64,000 bases of DNA, taken from Octopus vulgaris. Lineage: Eukaryota. Positions within the stretch are counted from its first letter, which is position 1; every line of letters starts with the position of its first letter. Below are positions 36,100 to 49,150 of the stretch, piece by piece. The stretch covers positions 4,402,001-4,466,000 of the forward strand of contig OX597832.1 of the NCBI GenBank assembly GCA_951406725.2. The letters run 5' to 3'. Position numbers and translations under genes: made by a program. The notes beneath the pieces are model-generated. The model was not told the DNA's origin, ran no database searches, and saw nothing but the letters and a program-made list of their open reading frames with translations.

Positions 36100-38320
36100 C
36101 CCTGTTCTAATCACCATTCTTAAGCCTTCATCCCTACAATGTCTTTCCTGCAGGTGTTGAGTTGCTGCATTTCAATCAAAACATTAAGGACAGTGTTCTC
36201 ACCAGTTTGAGTCTGGAGAAAGGAGCAGAGTCAAGACCCCATGAGATCTTCCCTTTCCTCCAGACTCAGCAAGTAAAAAAAAAAAAAAATCTATCCATCA
36301 CTCTACACATATGTCCATACCAGTGCAACCTTCTTTCTTGCACACTATATCGGATTCCTTTTAAGACCAGTCTTTCTCTAAATATATTTGCACTTTTGTC
36401 ATTCATGCACACCCAAGAGAACATACTAGTTTCATTTCCTTCTAGTCTTCTCAAGTCCTGTCTATATTTCTCTATGATGCTACATAGTAGTATCATAGTT
36501 CAACTACAAGTATCACAATCTGCTTTTCACTGAAGGAAAAGACCTTTATTGCCAGCAGTGGTTCCCTGAACTTTTTACAACCTGTTCTTACCTTGGCTAC
36601 TATACTTTCAGAGCAACCACCTCTTTTCCTAATTATGTCACTTAGGTCATGTCCAGTAAGTTCACCACAGGGAAAGTTCAGTTTTTTTTTTTCAATAAAA
36701 TAGTTTTTAACTATTAGTGGTGAGATACTATGGATGTATTTTCTCAGTAAACTTTCTTGTAATCCACTTAGGTAACAGAAGGTATCAATTTCATCTTATC
36801 AACCAGCCAGACTTTAAGGGAATTCATTTCCAATGTACTCTTAGTACATATTGTTCCAGCGCATCTACTACTTACAAAGCTTACCTTCTCTGTTAGCCTG
36901 CTAGTGATTTCATTACCCCTCTTATGAGCTTATAGCTTACACCTGATAGCTCAAGGAATTTACACCTACTCCTTTTCTGCAATATCAGGGTCTTGTATTT
37001 TTTCCTACTCTGTTAGTATCTGCAGAGTTTACCTTAATAGGTTTTTCACTTCTAAATTCAGCTTCCATGTTTGGAAATTCTTCTCTAAATTCCAAAGATT
37101 CGGCTACAATAACTAGATTATCAGTATATAGGAGTTCATAATGAGCAGCCAGTCGTAAACTCCTTTGTGATGACCTGTAGGACCATGATGGGTAGGAGAG
37201 GGGTGAAGTCTGATTCTTCATGGCCATCTATCTTTAGACTACATTCATTGTTGTACTAGTTGATTTTACTTATACATTTGTACAAAACGAGTACAGCCCT
37301 CACAAGCCATTCGTCTACACCTAGTTTCCTGGGTGGCCACCAAATTACTGAGTATAACACTCAGTCAAAGACCTTCTTTAAACCAGCAAATCCTAGGAGT
37401 ACCGGTTTACTCTCAGTATTAACTGATTAGCTATCCAAGTGATTGTCATGTATCGTATATTTCACTAAATATTTTGAACATCTCAGTGACAATCCCTGAT
37501 GGACCAGCAGTTTTCCTTTACTTTTGTGTCTGTAATCACTTTATTTAGCTTTCAACTCGAATTATTGGTCTGTCTGTAGGGTCAGTATGAGGCATCCCCT
37601 CTTTATCCCTTGTATTTTCCATGTTTAACAGCCTCCTATAATAGTGCTTTCTTGTTATCTACAACAATGGCATCTTTGTTTTCTATAATACACTGCCTTG
37701 AAAAGGTTTTGGTATTTAAAATTGACCCATCTATTCCATTTTCTGATGAGTATTAAGTCTATCTGCCATATGCTTTTGCCAGATTGTTTTTTTTTTTTTT
37801 TAAAGTATATGTTGCAAATCATTAGATCAACTGCATCACAAAACTCTGGGCACCTCACATCCACTTCATTTCACATATCATACACATAGCCTCTATGCAT
37901 ATCCCAGAAGCCATTGTGGTGTTGAATATGTCACCAGCACAATAATGAAGTCACAACTGATTGTCACAGAGGCAATCTCCAAAAGGGTCTCATAGAAACT
38001 TCTGTTCATCTGGCAATCCTGACTGTGGGGCAAACACAGAAATGTTGCTGTTGTCTGCAGTTGCTCTTATTTTAATTATCCTTTTACATACCCTGACTAC
38101 TCCAGTCATTTTATCCACTTCTCATCCCTGCTTCCTCTAAATGGCTGTAAAATTTGTGTTGTTCTTCCTTGCTTGTAGGGAGTCTGACTGAAAGGTCTTC
38201 CCATCTTACCTCTTGTACACAACACATGTCCACTCAACTTTGCTCCAGCATCTCCACAATCTCATCAGATTTACCTTTTCTCATGCTTATGTTGATGGTT
38301 ACAGCCCTGAAGTTTTGGAA
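36100..38320 (-). mobile_element. Decayed RTE-clade LINE (APE plus RT)
   Basis: APQSGLPDEQK (about 38000-38035), EFCDAVDLMICN.YFKK..QIDLILIRK, ELLYTDNLVIVAES (degenerate YADD) and VQERRLHWYGHMCR. Confidence 0.85.
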
Positions 38321-38879
38321 CTGACAAGAAGGGGGAGGGAATTGAGGTGGTAAATTTGCTGGCTTTTGTTTGGCAGCTTTAGTGCTTGAGTAGAAAGTTT
38401 GTCATGGATGGCTATGTTTGTGCTTTCATGTAATTTACTATCAGTTACTCATTCCCTACCACTTGACTACAAATATATGTGCCATTTACTGTAGTTACTA
38501 GTTAATATTACTAATGTTGTTGTTGTTATGAAAATTAGCCTTGTTAGGTAAGCTGCTTGAAGATCTGATATGGGAGAGAATGGGAAGGATAGACATATCA
38601 GGTATTGGCAGTCTCAGAAAGTGGGAAGTTGAAGCTGTTACTTATCAGGGGTGAGAATAAAGATGATAGATTTTCAATATTTGGTGGTGGTTGGAGTGGG
38701 CAGATCATGGTTGCACAGCAGTCAAAAATTTCAATTGATTGAAAATAGGAGAAGAGAGACACAGTAAAATATATAAAACATCAAGTACTGAATGTGTAAA
38801 ATTTAAGAAAGGAGAAACCAAAGCAATTCTTAGTTCCTAGATATGGAATGCATAATACTTGCTTCATTGTACAGGTACA

Positions 38880-39295
38880 CATTCTTCTGGATAGGTAGAG
38901 CACTGAAGTTGGGGAAGTAGGCATAATGTTGGCTTAGATATGGATAAAGTAATTCAATTAGCCAGAGTATGTGATAGATTAATGAAACTTAAGCTAGTCA
39001 CAGACAACACAGATAGAAGCAGTGATCTCTGCACATGGAACTACAATCAGATTTGACAGATGAGCAAAAATCTCAACAGTCAGACCTGATTATAATGATT
39101 CTATGAGACCCTCTTAGGTAAAGAGGAGCCAAAAGATCCAAGCAAAAGGAACCTATGAAAGAGGAAGACATGGAAAGATGTGTAATAGGCTGATTTCAGG
39201 AGCTGAACCTCATGAATACAATGATAAAAGTTCAACAAGTGTCAAGGTGCTATGCTGGAGAAGACTGATCCATGCAAGTATGGAAAAACAGATAT
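38880..39295 (+). mobile_element. Collapsed RTE-type LINE remnant
   Basis: G.GEVGIMLA..WIK..IQ....CDRLMKLKLV-like APE remnant followed by RGR..WK-like and CATGCAAGTATGGAAAA tail motifs. Confidence 0.55.
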
Positions 39296-39303
39296 GGCAG
39301 TGA

Positions 39304-39460
39304 GGCACAGGTATAACTGTATGATTAAGAAGCTCATTTTACAATCACATGGTTTTGGGTTCCGTCCCATTGCATAGCACCTTAGACAAGTGTTTACTGT
39401 AATCTCAGGCAAGCCAAAGCCCTGGGAGTGGATTTGGAAGATAAAAACTGAAACAAATGT
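39304..39460 (+). mobile_element. SINE family A head
   Basis: GGCACAGGTATAACTGTATGATTAAGAAGC...GGGTTCCGTCCC...CCAAAGCCCTGGGAGTGGATTTGG. Confidence 0.75.
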
Positions 39461-39929
39461 ATTTATGAGAGTGTGTCAGTGTCTCCTTGTTTCAATGTCA
39501 TGAGCTAAATTTCACTGTCATACAAATGGTGTTATTCCTTTCCAATCTCCTATAAAAAGTTTGACTGCTGTTCTGTTATTGTGTGATAGATGAAGGGAAC
39601 TGTTAGCTGGCTTGGAAACAGGTGGACAGTGGTGACAGGAAGAACATCTAGCTGGTGAAAATTTGATTCATCAAATTCCATCAGACCCATGAAAGTATGA
39701 AAAAAAAAATCATTAATAGATGATGATGATAAATAAAAACAGTGATTTAGAAAGGCTACAACAATACAGTTGGGGAAATTATTAAATATAAAGAACAAAG
39801 ATAAAATTTCGACTTTAAAACATTTAATAATCCAATATTTTGGGTGAAAATAACATTTTTCAAGGAGGGAGGAAAACACATCTGGCCTTATTGCAGTTTC
39901 AGACTATCATACTCTTCTCATTCTCTCTC

Positions 39930-40018
39930 ATATATATGTGTGTGTGTGTGTGTGTATGTATATATGTGTGTGTGTGTATGTATATATATGTGTGTGTATA
40001 TATATATATGTGTATATA

Positions 40019-40094
<76 letters not shown>

Positions 40095-40095
40095 C

Positions 40096-40127
<32 letters not shown>

Positions 40128-40161
40128 ACACATACATATATATACATATATATATATATAC

Positions 40162-40193
<32 letters not shown>

Positions 40194-40258
40194 ATATACA
40201 CATACATATACATGCATATATATACATACATACATACATATATATACATACATATATA
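39930..40258. repeat. Compound (TA)n/(TG)n/(CA)n microsatellite
   Basis: Seen directly. A TG-rich left half and CA-rich right half make it quasi-palindromic. Confidence 0.95.
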
Positions 40259-40539
40259 GTCTGTTCATTCATTTAACATTATTTTCTTTACATGCTAGCA
40301 TGGTTTGGACAGGAATTGATTTTGAGGCAAGGTTTTTATGGCCAGATGCTCTTCCTGTCACCAATCTTCACAGTTTTCCAACTAGGGGATTTTTTTTTTA
40401 TTCCACAAATATTAGCAAGCACAGAGCAGTTAGTTTAAGGAATGCAGACACCACCACCATGTCACTCAAATGGTGATAAGTGAAATATCAACATACATGC
40501 ATATTTGCACGCACGCATGCACGCACACACACACACACA

Positions 40540-40700
40540 GGGGGCTTCTTGTAGTTTCTGTCTACGGGATTCACTCACAAGGCATTGGTCAGCCATGGTA
40601 TAGAAGAAGACACATGCCAAGGGTGCTGTTCAGTGGGTCTAAACATAAAAAACCACATGATTGCAAAAGTGAACTTCTTAAGTACACAGCCATGCTTGCC
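40540..40700 (-). mobile_element. SINE family A head
   Basis: GGGCTTCTT...TTTCTGTCTAC...TTCACTCACAAGGC...AGAAGACAC.TGCC.AGG...ACACAGCCATGC. Confidence 0.75.
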
Positions 40701-41099
40701 CATATATATATACATATATATATATATGTGTGTTATACTTGCCCACCCACACAGCTCAAATAGAATGCTTTTTTTTTGCAAAATTTTTCATTTCATTTTG
40801 TATTTGTACTAGATAACATTATATTCCTTTACCTCTAACATCAAATATGGTCTTTGTAACCAGCTATAACATGCACCCTACATAAAGAAGGATAAAAAAT
40901 CTCACAATTTCTTATTCATGCGACAATGTGTATGTGTTGTATATTGACTTTTCTTTCAAATTACCAAGGGTAACATGAACTTGCAAATGTAAAAGTAAAC
41001 AGTAGCATGAAGGTAGAATCTGAAAGTTAAATGTAATTCAATACCTCTTTGTAGTGTTGTAGAATAAACAACCTTACTAAAGAGAGTAAATTGAAAAAC

Positions 41100-44000
41100 A
41101 CTGATCAGATCAATTTATTAAAAGATAATTCTATGGTAAAGCAGTAAAGGATACAAATTTGTACTGGAACTGGCAAGAATTAAAACAGTTTCTAGGCAGA
41201 TATTATTGCACATTCCATTCCCTCTTTAAAAATCAGTCCATATATGTATGTTTGAAAAACACAGGGTTGTATAACCCTAATTGATCCAGTTACTTTTCTT
41301 AACCTATGTATAAATTTGTTTCATTTCAGCTCACAGCCACAGGTTATATCAAATCCAAGCAATAGTAATGTAAGGGAATTACAAAAAAATTTCTTGAATA
41401 ATTTACAAACCTGTAAAGCAGTGAAATTTTCAAACATTGACAATTGTTTACTTTTGAAGCATTTCCTAGAATAGTTGATCAGAATGTGAAAAATTGTAAA
41501 AAAATGTTTTTGGAGACTTTTTTAATATTACATCGTCTCAGCTTTCTTAATACCTACCGCAACTCAAAGGGATATGTTTTAGAAGTATAGAACATCCACA
41601 AGTTGTAAAAATATAAACAGTTAATTTATGCACATGGAATTAGAAAACTGAGAGACTGATGAAGTAAAACTAATGTTATTTGAATGCAGATGTTGAAAAA
41701 TTTGGATATGATAGTTTAGTAATAACTAAAAATAATATTCATTCATTGCTTTCATAAAACGATTTATGAATGCAATGAAAAAAGTGAAATAGTTTTCATA
41801 CATTTATTACTTTCATGAAACCTGGACACACAAAATAAAAAGCCTCTAGAAATTAGCTTTATCCAGCACAGATATGAATTATTATTGTTGTTGTTGTTGT
41901 TATAATAATGAATCAACAAGTAATGAGTAACATGGATTTAAACAAATCAATAAACTTCATCACTTTTTTTTAGCAAAAAAGGAATAAATGGAACATGAAA
42001 AGATAACAAGATCAGTTTTAAAATTAAAAAAAAAAACAATGATTTGGGTAAAAACAACTAGAAGGGATCTAATGGAGATCTCCAAAAGAAAACTTGTAAC
42101 ATCCTTTTGAATAATTATCAAATTATATTAAAAACAAATCTATCTAATAAAGATTTATTGATTGCATACAAACTTAAAAATAAAAACTAGAGATGTATCA
42201 ACAAAGTAATAGAGATTTTATTGAAGGTTCTAAATTTGAGGATTTGAAAGAAAGTTGTGAAGAATTTGACACAATTTTTTTTTTCAAGTATTCTTTCTTT
42301 AAAAGCAAATAAACATGGCTATTTTGATACAAAATGGTGATTTGGCAAATGATTTTTAAAATGCTAAAAAATCTATTTGAAGTATTTCAAGTAAACAAAT
42401 AGATTACCAATGAGTTGTCAATGGCATGAATGGATGGAGACAATTAAAAAATTTTCTTAATTGTATGAAGTTTTAATCAGTGAGGATCTGAACAAAATGT
42501 TAGCCTCATTTGCAGCAAGCATTGGGGAAGTAGTAACCATATATATGTATAATGAGATGGTAGAACAAAAGGAAAATGGAGAGCACTAAAACCAATATAC
42601 ATTTGATACTTTTGTCTATAAAGGATGAACCATGAGGTTTTTTTTTTGATTTTTTTTTGGTCTGCCAGCAATTCTTTAAGATGGCTGGTTGACATAACTA
42701 TGATAATATACAATGGAAATCAAATTCTTAAGAGAAACGTAAGTCAACTCATAGGTGACATATTTCTAAATACTTTTTCTTTGATGCCTACACCAAGGTA
42801 GGAAACTAAACAAAGATAGATGCTAATTAAGAGCTTATTAAAAAAAAAATTAAACAAAAATAAATTTTATAGGAATCTATGGAAATCAGATGACATATTT
42901 GCTTTGCTGAGGTAGTTGTAAAAATTTAAAGATCAAACAGAGCTTAGCATTGAGTAGTAGTTTCTAAAACCATTTCTGTAATGACAGCAATCCTACACTG
43001 GAGAGTAGGAAAAGTTTGTTCACCCAACTGAACTGATTGAGCCTTTGTAAATGCTATCAGATCATTGACATTGAGGATTAAAAATATAAATACAAAATAA
43101 AGCAGGTTTAGATAGAGATTTAGGCAGTCATAGAACCCAGGTAGGAATTGTATTGCGCAGGAATTGTGTGCTTAATACAAGGCAGGAGAACAACTGCAAC
43201 AACAAGCTACAGTCGATTAAACTAAGCCAAACCTTACTCAATACGATTTCCACTTTGAAATAAGTCACTACAAAAATTAATGGAAAGTTAAGACACTTGA
43301 CAGAAATAGAGATGATTAAATAACAGGATTTCTATTTACAATATACATATAAGAACAGAGAAGAATGGATGCCATATCATAAGTTATAACTTGAAAGATC
43401 CAGCCACAACATCATGTGGCTTCAGTTTTCAATGGTCCCAGCTAGAAATTCTAAAGAGAAAACACTATGAATATCTAAATAGTCAAGAATGTATTTTTTT
43501 TTTGTTTTTTTTTTCTTGTTTATGTTGTTTTTGTCCAAACTGAGCATCAAAAAGATGTAAAACAGCAGAATATCATTAGAATTTTGCCCTATATTCCTAC
43601 TAGCTATGAGTAATCTGTTGACTTTAGAACTTGATATAGATGATGTAACTAAATAAGATTGAACTCTTAGATAAAAAAATATATAAAAATTAATGCAAAC
43701 TAAAGTTGTACAAAAAGTCTCAGAAATCTTTGGATGACTGTAATACACAGTTCTATTTGTCACCATTATACATTTAAAGCTGTGGGATTTAGGGTTTTGC
43801 GCTGATCTAAGCACAGTTTGGACAATCAGTATTTAGACTCATAGAACTATATGAAAGACATTGAGATTGGTTTTGTGACAAAGGCTTCATTCAGTATTGC
43901 AGATCAAAGATGAAAGCATTAAATTTGTTAGAACTTCAGTCTACATGATTACAAATGACTGTAACCAAGCCAAAATAATATGGCATTAAAAAAAAACAAA

Positions 44001-45577
44001 AAAACTGAACTACTGCAGTAACTAGCAGTAGATATTTCTAATAAGAAGCACATTAGTTCAAATTTTCATATTAAAACCTCAGCTCATCTATTATAATTAG
44101 TCTTTTTATTTAGGAAGTTAGTGCAAAAACATTCTGCAGGAGCTTTAATAACATAATGTTCAAGTGACAGCGCACTTTATGCAAATTTAATTACAAAAAC
44201 AAAACAGTCAAAAATAAACAGTCAGCAGAGATTTGTAAGTGAGTTTTTAAATGTTAGATGAAATTATCATACTGCACTGTCTTATAAACTCTAATGGCAG
44301 GAGAAATTTGTTAAGAGTTCATGAGGAAAAGAAGACATGAGCACAACACTTACTGACCTCTTGTTATCTTGCTGTGTATTCAGCATTTAATCTTTGCTGG
44401 ATGGGTGAATATGTCTGGCTTGAAATGATCATTCCTCTGACTCTAGGCACATTTCACTATGTATTTTCAGTAATACCATCAAATAACTAGATTCGTACAG
44501 AAGCAAAGCTTTCAAAAGGTGGTGTTTATTGGTTGAGTTAATTTTTAGCTTCAAGATTTCTAAAAGTGAAGCTACATATTATTATAATTGTAGTCTTTTA
44601 ACATAAGTAAAATGACCAAACTAAAATAATATTTCTAAAGAATTCCTAGAACTGATACTTTTCAAAATCAATCTTCAAATATAAATTTTAAACATGCTTA
44701 TAAAAATACTATTATAAAGATGTTAAAGATATATTCCTTGGCTATTTGCCAGTATGTTTCAGTTGGATAATGTAGAAAACACTACATCAAAATTTTTCAT
44801 ACTCATGAGGTTGCTAAGAAATGGATGTTGAATGCAAAATTTGATTGTTGATAAAAAAACAACTTCATGATACAGCAACAAATCAAAGACAGACAGCGGC
44901 GAAGTTCCTAGTGACTTCCATATGTCTTTGACCACAAAAGGATAACTAGAGCTCATAGAAAGTGAAGTTTTTCCTTTTAGAAAATATATCTAAAAATTAG
45001 ATTCCTCAGTATTTTCAAACCAGAGTATATGGTAGATTTAGAAAAGTAAAAGTTAGATATAAAATAAAATTTAAAAAAAAAAAAAAAAGATAAGCAGAGG
45101 GGTTGATTTTGCTTTTTCTGAAAGCACCTAAACAAGGACATGAATTGATTCAACTTTGATATATTAATGCTTGATTTTGTTTTACTGATTTTTTTTTTCT
45201 TCTAAGACTCTTTAAGTTCATGCAACTATGATGGCGATAAAGTCTATAAGATGTCACTGTAGACAGAACCTCTACAACATGGATTCAAACAGAACTGCGG
45301 AAATGTGTACTCTCACTGAAAGTATTCGCAGAAATATTCAGAAGATGACCAATTTATGTCAGGTGAAGAGGTCACAAGATTACTATTTGATAATTGGTTG
45401 ATGAACAGAGCTGGTAGCTGCAGATGGAGAAACTGATGTCTGATATTTGATTAAATGGTGATGATAGCAGCAGCTGGTAGAACCAATCTGACAATCAGGA
45501 ACCAACTAGTCAGCAAGAATGAATGTTTCCAAACACTGATTAACAGCCGCAATGCTTGCACACAACAAATTGAATTG
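41100..45577 (-). other. Putative long 3'UTR of an unidentified minus-strand gene
   Basis: About 4.5 kb with no recognisable transposon, U-rich on the minus strand. AATAAA (minus) at 41114-41119 is followed by a U/GU-rich tract. Confidence 0.45.
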
Positions 45578-45650
45578 TCAGTGTAAATTCACAGGCAGTT
45601 TTTCAGTTGATAGGTAATCAGAAGTAGGATAAACAGTCCACACTATTAAC
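45578..45650 (-). CDS. Putative terminal coding exon of an unidentified gene: (x)LIVWTVYPTSDYLSTEKLPVNLH*, or VNSVDCLSYF* in the alternative phase
   Basis: Strong acceptor (long T/C tract then TTCATTGCAG) at 45651 at the head of the repeat-free block. Protein not recognised and phase unresolved. Confidence 0.45.
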
Positions 45651-46639
45651 CTGCAATGAAGAAAAGAAAAAAAAACCCATTAGATATACGCAGACGTGGG
45701 AAAAAAATACATTTCAAACATGAATATCTTAAAATATTGTAAAACATGTGTATTGATATGAAACAAAGGCCTACGAAATTGGTAGTGGTTGGCATCAACA
45801 AAAATTACTCAATGACTGGAGAAATTTGTATGCTGTGGGGAGAAGAGAAAGATGACTCTTCATCTGAAAATTCTTTCACTCTCTCAGATAAAGAGTCAGT
45901 CTTGAAATACCAGATTACTTCTCTCCTCGTAGCATACGAACTTGGTCCAAATTGATAATCTTCAACATCAGTCTTAATTATTTATCATAACAGTAAAGAT
46001 AACGGAACAGTAAATTAACAAGCTCTCCTAATCTACTTTAGTAAATTTAAAAACCATAAGTATTCTACAAATTGTAGAATGACAGAAAGGAAATAGATCC
46101 CAAGTTTCCTGGCCATCATTTTAATAAATATTAAATATAGAAGTATATACAACAAAATGCTAGCAGTAGTTTCAAAATATATAAACAGAAGATTAAATGA
46201 TATATGAATAATGAAGGTTTGAAACCATTTAGAAATATAATTGGATATAATTGATAATCTTTGAACAGATCACCAAGCAGCAGCAATAAAAGCTCTTCAA
46301 AGAATGATCAAATCAGATGATGATTGTAAAACGTGTGTGTGTGTGTGTGCATGTATTTAAGTAGTATGTATATAATACAGCAAGTATTAACGGATTAGGG
46401 ACACAGTCAATTATCCCATGAGTACATATCAGCCAATAGAGAGATGACTGTGTCTGAAACAATGAATATAATTATGCAAAAGGGTATTTATGGTATTTAA
46501 ACAAGGCAGCTTATCGGGTCAAGAAAATTCTTACTTCATAAATTAATGACTTTATCGACCTTGCCTCCAACATCCCAAAACAAATGGAAACAATGGCATC
46601 TCGTTGACCACCAATATGGTTTCTATTCATCGCTGTCAC

Positions 46640-46930
46640 ATCAGTGTTTTTCTATTTTTCAGAACTTCAGCAAAAGTAAAATGTTATGCTGACATTAGCA
46701 AAGCTTTTGACCATGTGTGGCATGAGAACCTTCAAGTTAAACTTACCTATGCATGCAAGTCTTCCATCTATCATCTCTTTGAATGGAAGCCTGTTTGTAC
46801 AAGCATCAATAAGGCTCTTTCCAACCTTGGTGTGCCCCAGATTCCTAATGTCTCCCATTACATTAATTAGCTTCTCACTCTTACTTCTAATCACACATGG
46901 TCCTTTATAGATGACATCACCTATTCCTCT
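46640..46930 (+). mobile_element. LINE reverse transcriptase remnant (CR1/L2/Jockey-like)
   Basis: DISKAFDHVWHENL, GVPQ and FIDD remnants in order. Confidence 0.7.
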
Positions 46931-48952
46931 TCCTTAATCTTCCAACAGAGATTACTTACACATTATACACATCGAGACTTGTATTGATTTCATAAACAGA
47001 AACACTGAAAACACTGCAGGATCAAAGGATCGGAAATTCACATCTAATGGCAGGTTTCCTTGCCCATCAGATAGCATAGGCATAGCTGCTTAGTTAAGAT
47101 GTTCACTTCATAACTATGTACTGAAGGAAAGTGTCTTCTACCATGGTTTTGGGTTAACTAATAGCTTGTGAGTGAAATTTGGCAGCAAAAACTCTATAGA
47201 AACTTATTTTATGTGTGTGTGTGTGTGCATATGCTGCATAAAAGACGCGGAAGATGTGCAGAGGCTGGGGCAGTTTGCATGGAGATGTGATATAAATAAA
47301 TAAGTGAAAAATATTGTGTGCTGTCAAAGAGTACCCATGGTACTTGATTAAAGAATATTTGGGAAGAGCTGATGAGTTCAAATCTAAAGACACTATGAGG
47401 TAATAAGACACAAAAATTAATAAGATGTAAGTGATGTCAATTTTCTATCATCACAAACAAAGCCTTGTTTTTAAGGAAGAATGCCTAAAGCTGAGCTGAA
47501 CTCCACCAGTTGTTTTACACCAGAGAATATAACAAGATTGGAGCTAGATACCATGATGTTCTTTACTGTGTTATCAAAACAATAGATTTGTAAGAAAGCC
47601 AAATAAGAGGCAAGAAAATGTTCAAACTGAAAATTGGTAAGAGCAGCATTTCATTATGTAGGGAATTAATTAAAAAAAAAAGGGGTGATGAAGAGGAAAA
47701 AAAAGGAGTAAATGCTGAACACAGATGTTAGTCTGGAGATGAAAGATAACTTAGGCACAACAGAATCAGTAGGGTAGCTGTGTAGGATTGGAAATAAAAA
47801 CAAATGAGATTTAGATCTCTGTTAAGCTGATGATAATCATCAAATGGTAAAATTAATTGGAACAGCCAATATTCATTCTATGAAATCAACCATTATAATA
47901 ATAGTAAGATTCATTTGCCACAATTTCTCTATTAGCACAACAGCTTTCATATAAAAATCAGTTATCTCCAAGTTGTAGCTTCCTTTCAGGGTTTGATTGA
48001 TCTATGCAGGTAGATAGGAAATGATTTATTAGTTTAAAATGTTTGCAGTGGCAAGCTTTGTATTGTAATTTCAGTAAAACATAACAAAATATATTTTTTA
48101 AGATGATGACACCTCTCCCCCACACACACAACCACCACCAAAATACACAAAAATAATTTTGTTATTCAAAACTTTTCTAGATGGACAACAAGCAAGTCAT
48201 CAAGCTAGGCATTTGCAACCCTTTTTGACAAAATTAAATAAGTTTTTAGTCTAATAAATAAATAAACCATAGCAAAATGTTAAATTATTTTCTTATAGGG
48301 TGTGTCAAATTTGTAAACCTTTGGATGACATTTCACTTTCAGTGTACACGTGGGATAGATTTTTATTAAATTTCAACCAAAGGGATATTTCACACATTCC
48401 CACACTATATTCAAGCAGAAACTAGAACAGTAAAAGAATATCAATAGTAAAAATGAGTTCAAGTCAGCATAACTGAAGCAAAACTGAATGAACATTTTTT
48501 ACCAAAATTTATCGACAAATCCAGTACAGCACATAGATGACTGATTATGTTCAGTCTAGTTCTTCCTCATTCTACCACACTCCAGATATGTGTAAAGTAT
48601 TAAGAGAATCTGGGTTAGATGTCAACAATTCCTTTAGTAACAGACATGCTGACATTTTTAATGCAACATACATATCATTATCTGCAATGCCAACTTCTGA
48701 ATGAAGTAATACTATACTGTCAAGCCACATTTATCATAAAGAAGGCATATGTATTACTTGATACCCTCCCTGGATTTTAGCTTATTTCTTAGCTTCTCCA
48801 ATTTTAATCTGCTAAATTCCATATTATTAATCCAATAATTGTCATTTTAAGCACATTGCCAGCTTCAGAGAATGTCTGTCACTTATGGCTATAGGTTATT
48901 ATTAACTTCAAGTCACCATGGTATTTTACAGACATTATCATGAGGCAAGAAG

Positions 48953-49150
48953 GGAGCCTTCACATGATTGCTCAAACAGTTAGAAATTGCAGTCAAATCT
49001 CCCAGAAATCACACTCTACTCTCTTAGAATAGGGACACAATAGGTAATAGTCATGGATCCCCTGCAGAAAAGACAATGATGGGATGGTCATGGCTGGAAT
49101 ATCCTTGATTATAGGTCAGCCCAATTGGGGCTGGTCAGGAGTTCAACCAC
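48953..49150 (+). repeat. Old interspersed repeat, also at about 50282-50472 and 60080-60280
   Basis: Shared GAGCCT...CAAAT...GATGGTCA..GCTGGAAT..(C/T)TTGAT.ATAGGTC and an AAC-rich end. Confidence 0.55.

Noticed and set aside
46062-46080. Palindrome ATTCTACAA-A-TTGTAGAAT
   Set aside because: Short, AT-rich and isolated, compatible with chance.
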